From NCBI GenBank assembly GCA_030754315.1, contig JASMAO010000102.1, positions 1 through 35,511 on the forward strand: a stretch of DNA of 35,511 bases, in the 5' to 3' direction. The position numbers were made by a program, and so were the translations under genes. The notes beneath the pieces are model-generated. The model did no database searches and was not told where the DNA came from. It was given only the letters and a program-made list of their open reading frames with translations. Source of the stretch: SAR202 cluster bacterium. Its GTDB lineage: Bacteria; Chloroflexota; Dehalococcoidia; Lucifugimonadales; JASMAO01. Positions 17,451 through 25,700 of this stretch are shown in pieces (within the stretch, counting starts at the first letter, position 1; each line of letters starts with the position of its first letter).

Positions 17451-17672
17451 GCTCCACGCTACCGGAGCGACAGAAGAGGTGCGGCTAAGTATACGACGTA
17501 TTATGTTATTTTCAAAGCACTGAAGACAGCATCGCCTTCGGATAAGCTAGTAATGGAAGACCTGCTATTGTCCTGTTATTGGCGTTAAGCTCCTGGATGA
17601 ACCTGGTCCGAAGATCAGTGTTCGGTAATTCTCACAGAGCACTGTGAGTGCACAATTTTATTTGAAAAGGGG

Positions 17673-17762
17673 TGGCGGAGAGGATGGGATTCGAACCCAT
17701 GGTCGCCTTGCGACGACACGCGATTTCCAGTCGCGCCTATTCGGCCACTCTAGCACCTCTCC
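17673..17762 (-). tRNA. tRNA-Ser (anticodon GGA), type II with a long variable arm and encoded CCA
   Basis: Minus-strand sequence GGAGAGG...CGCGA-CTGGAAA-TCGCG...ATGGGTTCGAATCCCAT-CCTCTCC-G-CCA. The acceptor, anticodon and T arms all pair. Confidence 0.9.
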
Positions 17763-17788
17763 GATATTGAGTACGCCCTTTTCATTGG

Positions 17789-17878
17789 TGGCGGAGAGGG
17801 TGGGATTCGAACCCACGATTAGATTGCTCCAATACCGGTTTTCGAGACCGGCGCCTTCAGCCGCTCGGCCACCTCTCC
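17789..17878 (-). tRNA. tRNA-Ser (anticodon CGA), type II with encoded CCA
   Basis: Minus-strand sequence GGAGAGGTGGCCGAGCGG...CCGGT-CTCGAAA-ACCGG...GTGGGTTCGAATCCCAC-CCTCTCC-G-CCA, close to the E. coli tRNA-Ser layout. Confidence 0.9.
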
Positions 17879-17887
17879 ACGCGGAAA

Positions 17888-17914
17888 ATTATAGCATGGG
17901 GCATTACATTTGAA
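17888..17914 (-). promoter_or_regulatory. Putative extended -10 promoter of the tRNA-Ser operon
   Basis: The minus strand reads TTCAAA-N15-TGC-TATAAT. The consensus -10 lies at 17893-17888, about 10 nt upstream of the tRNA 5' end at 17878. Confidence 0.45.
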
Positions 17915-17945
17915 GCTTGTTGACATCTAAACAAACGATAGCGAG

Positions 17946-17974
17946 TTGAAATAGCATGCTTACTCCAATATATT
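17946..17974 (+). promoter_or_regulatory. Putative sigma-70 promoter of the sulfurtransferase gene
   Basis: TTGAAA (17946-17951), a 17-nt spacer, then TATATT (17969-17974). An AGGAGA Shine-Dalgarno sequence precedes ATG 18004. Confidence 0.4.
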
Positions 17975-18003
17975 TCTCCTGTGAGTAGTTTAGGAGAGTT
18001 GTA

Positions 18004-18855
18004 ATGCCTGATTCAGCAGTGAGTGATGTTGTTGTGAGCACCCAATGGGTCTTTGAGCATCTAAAAGATGACTCCGTCGTGGTTGTGGAAGTGAATGCTA
18101 GTCTCGAAGTTGATTACAAGACCGGGCATATTCCTGGGGCTGTGGGTTGGGGCCTACATAGTGATTTAGAGCATCAAATTAGACGCGATGTCCCTGATGT
18201 TGACCAAATTGAAGATCTCATGGCTCGTTCCGGGATTACCAATAGTACAACGGTTGTGCTCTACGGTGATGGCAACAATCGGTCCGCCACTTGGGCTTTC
18301 TGGATACTCAAATACTATGGCCATGAAGATCTGAAGCTGATGGATGGTGGTCGTACGAAGTGGACTAGCGAAGATCGTCCTTTGTCCACGAAAGTAACAG
18401 TACCAACAAAGCGGATGGACTACACTGGGCAGTCGCCTAAGGATGAGATAAGAGCTACCAAGCAGCACATACTTGATCATCTTGGTGATAGTGAGGTGAA
18501 TATAGTCGATACGCGAACCCACGAGGAATATATCGGTCAACTCACATCCGCACCCGGTACGGATCAGTCGGGGATTTACCGCAAGGGTAGAATACCAGGA
18601 GCAGTGCATATTCCATGGGACGATGGAGTATCGGAAGACGGGTCATTCAAGTCCGTCAAGGAACTTCAAACCATGTACGAGACTCAAGGTCTCCAACCTG
18701 AACAGGAGATCGTTCCATATTGTAGATTGGGGGTTCGCGCTTCATTCAGTTGGTTTATCCTAAAGTACTTACTCGGATACGAAAATGTACGTAACTACGA
18801 TGGATCTTGGACTGAGTGGGGCAATTCTGTCGGTGTGCCAGTCGAGACGGATTAG
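18004..18855 (+). CDS. Thiosulfate/3-mercaptopyruvate sulfurtransferase (tandem rhodanese domains)
   Basis: Two rhodanese domains. The active-site loop CRLGVRAS is in the C-terminal domain, and the GHIPGA motifs are in the expected positions. Confidence 0.85.
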   Translation: MPDSAVSDVVVSTQWVFEHLKDDSVVVVEVNASLEVDYKTGHIPGAVGWGLHSDLEHQIRRDVPDVDQIEDLMARSGITNSTTVVLYGDGNNRSATWAFWILKYYGHEDLKLMDGGRTKWTSEDRPLSTKVTVPTKRMDYTGQSPKDEIRATKQHILDHLGDSEVNIVDTRTHEEYIGQLTSAPGTDQSGIYRKGRIPGAVHIPWDDGVSEDGSFKSVKELQTMYETQGLQPEQEIVPYCRLGVRASFSWFILKYLLGYENVRNYDGSWTEWGNSVGVPVETD

Positions 18856-18955
18856 TGTTTATTTAAGAGTATTGAAGAATCAGATGCAAAAGAAAAAAGT
18901 CGCACTATCGTGTGTAAGTTTAGGGCATTATTTATTCTGATATACTGGCAATTCT

Positions 18956-19633
18956 ATGGCGCTCCAAGATCCTTTGAGCGTTAGTTCCGGTAGATCGAAA
19001 TCCACTCTCATGGCCTGTCTCGCAGCCCTTGACCACGTTGGCATTGATGCGGCCGTGATTTCGGGTCTCGATGGGCCTATGGGTGTTCCTTTGGACAAAA
19101 TCCCCCGGATAGCCCTTATTGATGTCAATTCTATTACCGAGCCCAAAGCTGTAGCATCAGTCCGTCGGTGCAGAGCTCTCCAAATCCCTGTGGTTGTCTT
19201 AATTCCAGAAAGCGATTTGCAGAATTTTGATGTCTCAATGGATGTGGATGATATTGTCGTGACGTCACCAAGTGCAGTAGAACTTGTACTACGTGTGCGT
19301 AGAGTGCTAAGCCATATTGATGCGGGGCATGATCACTTAATTCGTGCAGGCAACCTTGTTATTAATCCAACCAGCTATGAAGCTATGCTGAACGGGATTC
19401 AACTCAATTTAAGATTTAAGGAATACAAACTCCTTCTTTTGTTGGCTACGAATCCTGGTAGAGTGTTTAGGAGTGAATCACTGTTGAGTCGTATCTGGAG
19501 CTATCAGTACTATGGCGGCATTCGTACTGTTGATGTTCACATCAGGCGTCTCCGCAGTAAGCTCCAGGATTCGGACCACCAGTTTATCGAGACTGTGTGG
19601 AATGTCGGGTATCGGTTCAGGAATTCTGACTAA
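18956..19633 (+). CDS. OmpR/PhoB-family winged-helix transcription regulator with a degenerate receiver domain
   Basis: The C-terminus is typical of Trans_reg_C (LNLRFKEYKLLLLLATNPGRVF...RTVDVHIRRLRSKL...VWNVGYRF). The N-terminal domain lacks the beta1 acidic pair and the conserved Thr and Lys. An in-frame TGA at 18938 rules out a longer N-terminus. Confidence 0.8.
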   Translation: MALQDPLSVSSGRSKSTLMACLAALDHVGIDAAVISGLDGPMGVPLDKIPRIALIDVNSITEPKAVASVRRCRALQIPVVVLIPESDLQNFDVSMDVDDIVVTSPSAVELVLRVRRVLSHIDAGHDHLIRAGNLVINPTSYEAMLNGIQLNLRFKEYKLLLLLATNPGRVFRSESLLSRIWSYQYYGGIRTVDVHIRRLRSKLQDSDHQFIETVWNVGYRFRNSD

Positions 19634-19699
19634 TGTATCTGAAGGTTTGGAGAAATACCGAATTTATGACGTCCTGTGACACTTCAGAGCAGTATTCCA

Positions 19700-20602
19700 A
19701 TGACAAATGAGCGCGTTGTTTATGTAAACGGTGAAATGTTACCCGAGAGTCTCGCCACTGTATCGATAGGCGACTTGGGATTCCTGTATGGTGACGCCGT
19801 TTTTGACACAACTCGTACCTTTGGACACAGAATTTTTCGCCTTGATGAACACTTGGATCGACTCTATGACTCCCTTAAATACATGCGTATCGATCCTGGT
19901 TTAACAAAGACACAAACTGCTGATCTGACGATGCAGGTGCTTAGCGCCAATTTACCGTTGATTGATGAAAAAGACGATTACTGGGTCACTCAGCGCTTCA
20001 CCAGAGGTGTGAGGGGTGCCTTGGAGAAGAACAATCCCACCGTTATTATCGAGTGCTATCCGTTGCCGTTTATTGAAAGGGCCGGATATTACAGGGACGG
20101 TCTTCAGATCATCACCCCTTCTATTCAACGGACCTCACCAGAGGCTATGAGCCCGAGGGCTAAGACGCACAACTACGCTAATATCATACAAGGGGATCTT
20201 GAGGTAAAAGCCCAGAATTCGGATGCCCAGGCCATATTGCTCGACGTTAACGGCAACATCTGTGAAGGTTCTGGAGCAAATTTCTTCATCGTGAAGGCGA
20301 AGGGATTAGTAACACCGAAAGAGCAGTATGTGCTACCCGGAATCAGCCGGAAAGTTACGATAGAATTAGCGCACGAACTTGAAATGCCGATTCGTGATGA
20401 TGATATCGATTTGTTTGATGTCTACACTGCTGATGAGGCATTCGTCACGTCTACGAGTTATTGTATCTGTCCCGTGAGATCTGTAAATGGGACTATGATA
20501 GGTGATGAAGTTCCAGGTCCCGTTACTGTTCGGTTGCAGGAGGCTTACAGTCGTATCTGCGGCATAGATTTCGTTGGTCAGTACCTTTCGTGGTTGAAGT
20601 AG
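19700..20602 (+). CDS. Class IV (fold type IV) aminotransferase, branched-chain amino acid aminotransferase-like
   Basis: YVNGEMLP...GFLYGDAVFDT N-terminus, candidate PLP lysine in RAKTHNY, GISR and VRSVNG motifs. The start is ATG 19700; GTG 19676 is an alternative. Confidence 0.85.
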   Translation: MTNERVVYVNGEMLPESLATVSIGDLGFLYGDAVFDTTRTFGHRIFRLDEHLDRLYDSLKYMRIDPGLTKTQTADLTMQVLSANLPLIDEKDDYWVTQRFTRGVRGALEKNNPTVIIECYPLPFIERAGYYRDGLQIITPSIQRTSPEAMSPRAKTHNYANIIQGDLEVKAQNSDAQAILLDVNGNICEGSGANFFIVKAKGLVTPKEQYVLPGISRKVTIELAHELEMPIRDDDIDLFDVYTADEAFVTSTSYCICPVRSVNGTMIGDEVPGPVTVRLQEAYSRICGIDFVGQYLSWLK

Positions 20603-20638
20603 TGTTGTATTTCATTGTGCAATAACTTTGTATCTGTT

Positions 20639-20667
20639 TTGACACTATAGACCTGCCCCCATATAAT
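20639..20667 (+). promoter_or_regulatory. Consensus sigma-70 promoter upstream of the 2-oxoacid dehydrogenase genes
   Basis: Perfect TTGACA (20639-20644), exactly 17 nt of spacer, then perfect TATAAT (20662-20667). Confidence 0.65.
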
Positions 20668-20759
20668 TCCGTAGCTTAATGGGTGACGCACGGCTTAGTT
20701 TGCCAGTCAGAAAAGCGGCTATCACCCACATATCCAGTGATCTTGCCACTCAAATCAGC

Positions 20760-21770
20760 ATGACTGAACGCTTCGCATCGGATGTCATCGACGGGCAAAG
20801 ACTTCTTGACCTATACCGGCGCATGGTCTTGAGCCGAACTGTGGATGAACGAGTTTGGATGTTGAACCGGCAAGGCAAGGCGGCCATCGTCGCCTCTGCG
20901 CAGGGCCACGAGGCGGCTCAGATGGGTAGCGCAGCCGCGCTGCGTGCGGGTGATGATCACTTCTACATCTATTATCGCGATCTCGCTGTCTTAGTTGGTC
21001 TCGGTATGACTGCGAAGCAGATAATGCTTGGTTTTCAGGCCAAGGCTGGAGAGCCTATGAGTGGCGCCCGGCAATTCCCGCTTCATGGTGGTTACCCACA
21101 ACTAAAAATCGTGAATCTTTCGAATGTAGTGGGTACTCAGATACCTCAGGCTGTTGGATCGGCTCTCGCATGCAAAATGCGCGGACAGAATTCTGTCACC
21201 ATCTGTTATTTTGGAGACGGTGCGGCCAGTGTAGGTGACTGCCATGAGGGCATGAACTTCGCTGCGATACACAAATTACCGATCATTTTCTTTTGCGAGA
21301 ACAATAAGTACGCAATATCTGTCCCTTTGTCCAAACAGATGGCTGTCGACACAATCGCAAGTCGTGCGGAAGGTTACGGTATGAAAGGCGTCGTTGTGGA
21401 TGGAACTGATGTCACACCCGTGTATCAAGCGACGGCGGAGGCGGCGGCCCTAGCTCGAGCAGGTGGTGGTCCTACCTTGATAGAAGCGGTTGTTGAACGC
21501 TACCTGCCTCATACCAGTGACGATGACGATAGTCGATATCGGGACAAAGATGAGTTGGAAGAGGCTCGGAAGCACGACCCATTGATTCTGCTAAAGGAGC
21601 GGTTGATGGATGGCGGGATTTTAACTGAACAGATTTATGAGGAATATTTAAGAGAGGCCAAGAGAGAGGTGGATGAAGCCACTGATTATGTTGAGGCTTT
21701 GCCATATCCCGATCCCAACGATTTCTTCGAGCACGTTTATGCTTATCAGGAGGGTGAGTCATCACTGTAA
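20760..21770 (+). CDS. 2-oxoacid (branched-chain type) dehydrogenase E1 alpha subunit, TPP-dependent
   Basis: Strong resemblance to Bacillus BkdAA (YRRMVLSR..DER, GDGA...GD.HEG.NFA, CENNKYAIS, HTSDDDDSRYR). ATG 20760 matches homologue length. ATG 20679 is an alternative that would be nearly leaderless. Confidence 0.85.
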   Translation: MTERFASDVIDGQRLLDLYRRMVLSRTVDERVWMLNRQGKAAIVASAQGHEAAQMGSAAALRAGDDHFYIYYRDLAVLVGLGMTAKQIMLGFQAKAGEPMSGARQFPLHGGYPQLKIVNLSNVVGTQIPQAVGSALACKMRGQNSVTICYFGDGAASVGDCHEGMNFAAIHKLPIIFFCENNKYAISVPLSKQMAVDTIASRAEGYGMKGVVVDGTDVTPVYQATAEAAALARAGGGPTLIEAVVERYLPHTSDDDDSRYRDKDELEEARKHDPLILLKERLMDGGILTEQIYEEYLREAKREVDEATDYVEALPYPDPNDFFEHVYAYQEGESSL

Positions 21771-21799
21771 AGACTCTTCTTGAAGCAGTACGCGATGGT

Positions 21800-22744
21800 A
21801 TGCGTGAGGAGATGAGCCGTGATGATCGGGTTTTTGTCATGGGAGAGGACATTGGTGCCCGGGGTGGTGTGTTTCTTGCGACGGACGGGTTTTACGAGCA
21901 TTTTGGCGAGGAACGAGTTATCGACACCCCACTGGCCGAATCGTCGATCGCGGGTATAGCTCTGGGTGCGGCTATGAATGGTTTGCGACCAATTGCTGAG
22001 ATCGAATTCGCTGATTTTATCTACCCGACATTCAATCAGATCATCGGAGAAGCTGCACGTGTACGTTACGGCTCGAAAGGTTCTCTAAGCGTACCAATGG
22101 TTATAAGGGCTCCATATGGAGGAGGTGTGAGGGGTGGGCTGTACCATTCTCAGAGTGTAGAGACTTTCTTTGCTCATACGCCTGGGCTCAAGGTCGTTGC
22201 CCCGGCAACCCCTTACGATGCAAAGGGACTACTTAAAAGCTCCATCCGAGACGAGGATCCGGTTATCTTTCTTGAACATAAACGTACATATAGGCTAGTT
22301 CAAGGCGAGGTGCCTGATCATGAGTACCTCGTTACTCTAGGCAAGGCAGACGTTAAGATGGAGGGAGATGACGTAACTGTATTCACCTATGGATTGATGC
22401 TCCATCATTGCCTCGAGGCTGCTCGGCAAGTTGCCCGTGAAGGCATCAGTGTCGAAATCGTTGACCTGCGTTCAATCCGGCCCCTCGACAATGAGACCAT
22501 ACTGTCGTCTGCAAAGAAGACTGGAAAAGTTCTTATCGTGCATGAAGATACCAAGGCTTTAGGTGTAGGCGCGGAGGTCTCAGCCATAATTTCGGAGCAA
22601 GCGTTTGAACATCTAGATAGTCCTATTAAGCGAGTCACTGGTCCAGAGGTGCCGGCTATGCCATTCAGCCCGAGTCTTGAAGATGTTTTTATGCCCGACT
22701 CTGATCGCATCGTCACCGCTATTCAAGAACTCGCGGTTTATTGA
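21800..22744 (+). CDS. 2-oxoacid dehydrogenase E1 beta subunit
   Basis: Resemblance to Bacillus BkdAB (EEM.RD.RVFV.GEDIG, DTPLAES.IAG, YHSQS). Coordinates use the first ATG. The real start is probably upstream at about 21761 (see findings). Confidence 0.9.
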   Translation: MREEMSRDDRVFVMGEDIGARGGVFLATDGFYEHFGEERVIDTPLAESSIAGIALGAAMNGLRPIAEIEFADFIYPTFNQIIGEAARVRYGSKGSLSVPMVIRAPYGGGVRGGLYHSQSVETFFAHTPGLKVVAPATPYDAKGLLKSSIRDEDPVIFLEHKRTYRLVQGEVPDHEYLVTLGKADVKMEGDDVTVFTYGLMLHHCLEAARQVAREGISVEIVDLRSIRPLDNETILSSAKKTGKVLIVHEDTKALGVGAEVSAIISEQAFEHLDSPIKRVTGPEVPAMPFSPSLEDVFMPDSDRIVTAIQELAVY

Positions 22745-22860
22745 CCCTAGTAATTAATGGAGGAAGTTGAGGGTCCCAATAACCCAAGATGATATGAGCG
22801 GTAATGGGTTTTTGTGCGACTAACGATCTGTACGGGGAGCTTGTTAGGAAGGTTTTAAAT

Positions 22861-24105
22861 ATGAAGATTGAGTTGCCACAGGTCGGTGAATCCGTAACTG
22901 AGGGCGTTATAGGTAAGTGGCTTAAGGAGGTGGGGGACCGAGTGGAAAAGTATGACCCTCTGGTTGAGGTTGTCACCGACAAGGTCAATATGGAGATGCC
23001 ATCGCCGGTAAGTGGGGAGCTTACCAGCATCTTGGTCTCAGAAGGTAAGACCGTTCTAATGGGGGCCGTAATAGCCGAGATTGCGGTCGACGGTGATGAT
23101 GAGCATGCGACTGACGCGCTCAAAGAACCGATTCCCGATACCCTAGAACCCTCTCAAGCAGACCGTATAGGAACGCTGTTGAAGGATGTGTCTCCGGTTG
23201 GCCCTACCGGCTCGGGTGGACACATATCTGAGGGTCCTGTGGTACAACGGTATTCCCCCGCGGTATCCCGGCTTGCGGCCGAACACGGGATCGACTTATC
23301 CCGTATAACCGGGACTGGTATGGGGGGCCGCGTGACACGAAACGATGTAATGGCGGTTGTAGGATCTCAGGTTGAGTCGGATCCGACATCTACTGGCGTG
23401 TCAGAAACCGATAATGTCGAGGTGGTGCCATTAACCCCCATTCGGCGGACCATTGCGGAGAACATGATTAGAAGTGCAACGCAGATCCCGCAGGCTTGGA
23501 CAATGATGGAGGTAGATGTCACTAACCTTGTGAATCTGCGAGAAAAGTTCCGACTGGAATTCAAGCGTACTCACGGTGTCAATCTAACCTACATGCCTTT
23601 CACTTTGCAGGCCGTCGCAGCATCTCTAAAAGATCATCCTGGGGTTAACTCCAGTTGGGGCAATAACTCCATCATACTTAAGCATCGTATCAATATCGGC
23701 GTTGCTGTAGCATCCGATGCTGGCTTAGTTGTTCCAGTGATTCACGATACCGACTTGCTAGACGTAGCGGGGCTTGCGGTAGCTGTCGACGATCTTGCTA
23801 GACGCGTACGTGACGGTAAGCTCTCACTGAGCGATGTTCAGGACAGTACCTTTACTATTAATAACACCGGTGTGTTTGGTTCGGTAATAGGCAAGCCACT
23901 GATTAACCCTCCAGAGGCTGCGATCATGAACACTGAGGCTGTGATTAAAAGACCAGTAGTCATTGACGATGAAATTGTAGTTAGGTCCATAATGAATCTT
24001 TGCCTAACCTTCGACCACCGTGTTTTGGACGGAGCCGAGGCTGGGGCCTTCCTGAAGTCGGTTAAGAGTCGTCTGGAGTCGATCGATTCCGATAACATTG
24101 TTTGA
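22861..24105 (+). CDS. Dihydrolipoamide acyltransferase E2 (one lipoyl domain, a PSBD and a catalytic domain)
   Basis: Lipoyl-lysine motif VVTDKVNMEMPSP, PSBD sequence SPAVSRLAAEHGIDLSRITGTG.GGRV, catalytic motif DHRVLDG. The start is ATG 22861 (MKIELPQVGESVTEG) with AGGAAGG upstream. Confidence 0.9.
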   Translation: MKIELPQVGESVTEGVIGKWLKEVGDRVEKYDPLVEVVTDKVNMEMPSPVSGELTSILVSEGKTVLMGAVIAEIAVDGDDEHATDALKEPIPDTLEPSQADRIGTLLKDVSPVGPTGSGGHISEGPVVQRYSPAVSRLAAEHGIDLSRITGTGMGGRVTRNDVMAVVGSQVESDPTSTGVSETDNVEVVPLTPIRRTIAENMIRSATQIPQAWTMMEVDVTNLVNLREKFRLEFKRTHGVNLTYMPFTLQAVAASLKDHPGVNSSWGNNSIILKHRINIGVAVASDAGLVVPVIHDTDLLDVAGLAVAVDDLARRVRDGKLSLSDVQDSTFTINNTGVFGSVIGKPLINPPEAAIMNTEAVIKRPVVIDDEIVVRSIMNLCLTFDHRVLDGAEAGAFLKSVKSRLESIDSDNIV

Positions 24106-24128
24106 GCTAATGATATGGGGTCTCACAG

Positions 24129-24782
24129 GTGCAAATGACGGAAATCTGCAAAGTAAAATCAGAAGGGCTCATTGATTATGATGATGCCTCTGAGTTGCAG
24201 AAGCGGTTACATGGGGGGGTTGCTGACGGGACCTTACCCAATCAACTCTTGTTGCTTGAACATCCACACATCTACACCTTAGGCCGTCGCGCCAAGATGT
24301 CCGACATCTTAGCGACGGACGAATTCTTGTCTAAAGAAAGGGTCAGGGTCCATCGGACAGATCGCGGAGGTGAAGTTACCTACCATGGTCCTGGTCAACT
24401 CGTGGCGTATCCGATAGTGAATATAAAGCGTTGGGGTGGTGGCCCACTTAAGTTTGTTCGCGCATTGGAGCAAACAGTTATTGCGACACTTGGCGAATTG
24501 GGTATCGTGGCCAATTCTCAGGATTGTCCAACAGGGGTGTGGGTTGACGATGCTAAGATAGCAGCGATTGGAGTCAGAATCAGCCGTGGTACGACGACAC
24601 ACGGAGTGTCATTAAACGTCGACCCCAACCTGTCATTCTTTGACCATATCGTGCCTTGTGGTATGGCTGACCTCAAGGTGACTGCGATTTCGGAATTGGC
24701 TCAAGATGGGATGCGCATTGATCAGGTGATACCTGTGTTTGTGCGCAATTTTGGACGGACTTTCGGCTTCCAAATGGAATAA
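24129..24782 (+). CDS. lipB: Octanoyltransferase LipB (lipoyl(octanoyl) transferase)
   Basis: RGGEVTYHGPGQLV, KIAAIGVR, HG.SLNV and PCG motifs, as in E. coli LipB. The start is GTG 24129 or ATG 24135. Confidence 0.9.
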   Translation: MQMTEICKVKSEGLIDYDDASELQKRLHGGVADGTLPNQLLLLEHPHIYTLGRRAKMSDILATDEFLSKERVRVHRTDRGGEVTYHGPGQLVAYPIVNIKRWGGGPLKFVRALEQTVIATLGELGIVANSQDCPTGVWVDDAKIAAIGVRISRGTTTHGVSLNVDPNLSFFDHIVPCGMADLKVTAISELAQDGMRIDQVIPVFVRNFGRTFGFQME

Positions 24783-24836
24783 AGAATCGAATGGAATTGT
24801 TTGGATAGACGAAGGATTTGCAGCGGCATTTCGGTG

Positions 24837-25613
24837 CTAGATCATTGTGTAACTTTGACCGCCGTCTACCACGATGCAAGATCCGGTGATAAGTCCGGCA
24901 CGATCTGAACATAAGAAAGCCACGAGGTCGCCTACAGGCTCAGGCCACCCAAATCTGCCCATGGGTAGGTTCTGGTCGATGAAGTCCCGTACAACCTCAG
25001 GGGGATTGTCTTTCTGAAAGCGCTCCCAACTTCCGTCAGCATGCTCGATAGAACCAGGCGCCAGGCTGTTTATTAGTATTCCGTCCTTGGCCAGAGCAAT
25101 CGCGGTGTTCTTTGTCGTCGCAATTAACGCCGCCTTCGCAGCCATGTATGAAACGTGGCCGCCCTGCTCTCTACCCCATATGGAAGCGATGTTGATAATG
25201 CGTCCCCACTTTTGCTTACGCATGTAGGGGATTGTCAGTCGCATGAGTTCGTATCCGCCAAAAAGGTTCAGGTCGAACGTCGCTTTGAAGTCGTCTAGAG
25301 AGACTTGAGTCAGGTCTCCCTTCACGGGACTACCGCCGACGTTGTTAATTAGGATATCGATTTCCCCTAGGCTAGAGTTGATTTCGGCATGTAGGTCTGG
25401 GATGGTCGATGTATCGGATACGTCCCAGACTATTGGGACTGCGGTCACTCCAAGAGCTTCGAGTTCAGCAGCCGTACGATCTAGTGTCTCTTTGGTCCGG
25501 CCGCAGATAGCCACATTCACCCCTTCAGCTGCTAGCGACAGTGCGCATTGCCGACCTAGACCCCTGCTGCCACCTGTAACCAGTGCCGTTTTGCCTGATA
25601 TACCTAAGTCCAT
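24837..25613 (-). CDS. Short-chain dehydrogenase/reductase (FabG-like SDR)
   Basis: TGGSRGLG cofactor motif, NNVG motif, catalytic YMAAKAA (YxxxK). Confidence 0.85.
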   Translation of the reverse strand: MDLGISGKTALVTGGSRGLGRQCALSLAAEGVNVAICGRTKETLDRTAAELEALGVTAVPIVWDVSDTSTIPDLHAEINSSLGEIDILINNVGGSPVKGDLTQVSLDDFKATFDLNLFGGYELMRLTIPYMRKQKWGRIINIASIWGREQGGHVSYMAAKAALIATTKNTAIALAKDGILINSLAPGSIEHADGSWERFQKDNPPEVVRDFIDQNLPMGRFGWPEPVGDLVAFLCSDRAGLITGSCIVVDGGQSYTMI

Positions 25614-25700
25614 TTTCGTTTCTCCCAGTCGAGAGTTTGATTAGTATTTTTACAGATGAAGGGATCAGCTAACAGCCAACCGTTCCACATCATAAAACCC

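Noticed and set aside
17590-17625. CCUGGUCCGAAGAUCAG segment that superficially recalls the SRP RNA domain IV hairpin
   Set aside because: The loop is CGAA and not GNRA, no flanking symmetric or asymmetric loop motifs (AGCA/GGAA context) are present, and there is no extended helix. This is a chance resemblance.
17673-17878. Tandem tRNA-Ser genes as a possible integration site for a genomic island
   Set aside because: There is no integrase, no direct repeat of the tRNA 3' end that I could find elsewhere in the window, and the flanking genes (topA, rhodanese) are ordinary chromosomal genes.
17644-17913. 89-aa plus-strand ORF
   Set aside because: It is the reverse complement of the two tRNA-Ser genes. 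The cloverleaf structures explain the sequence fully.
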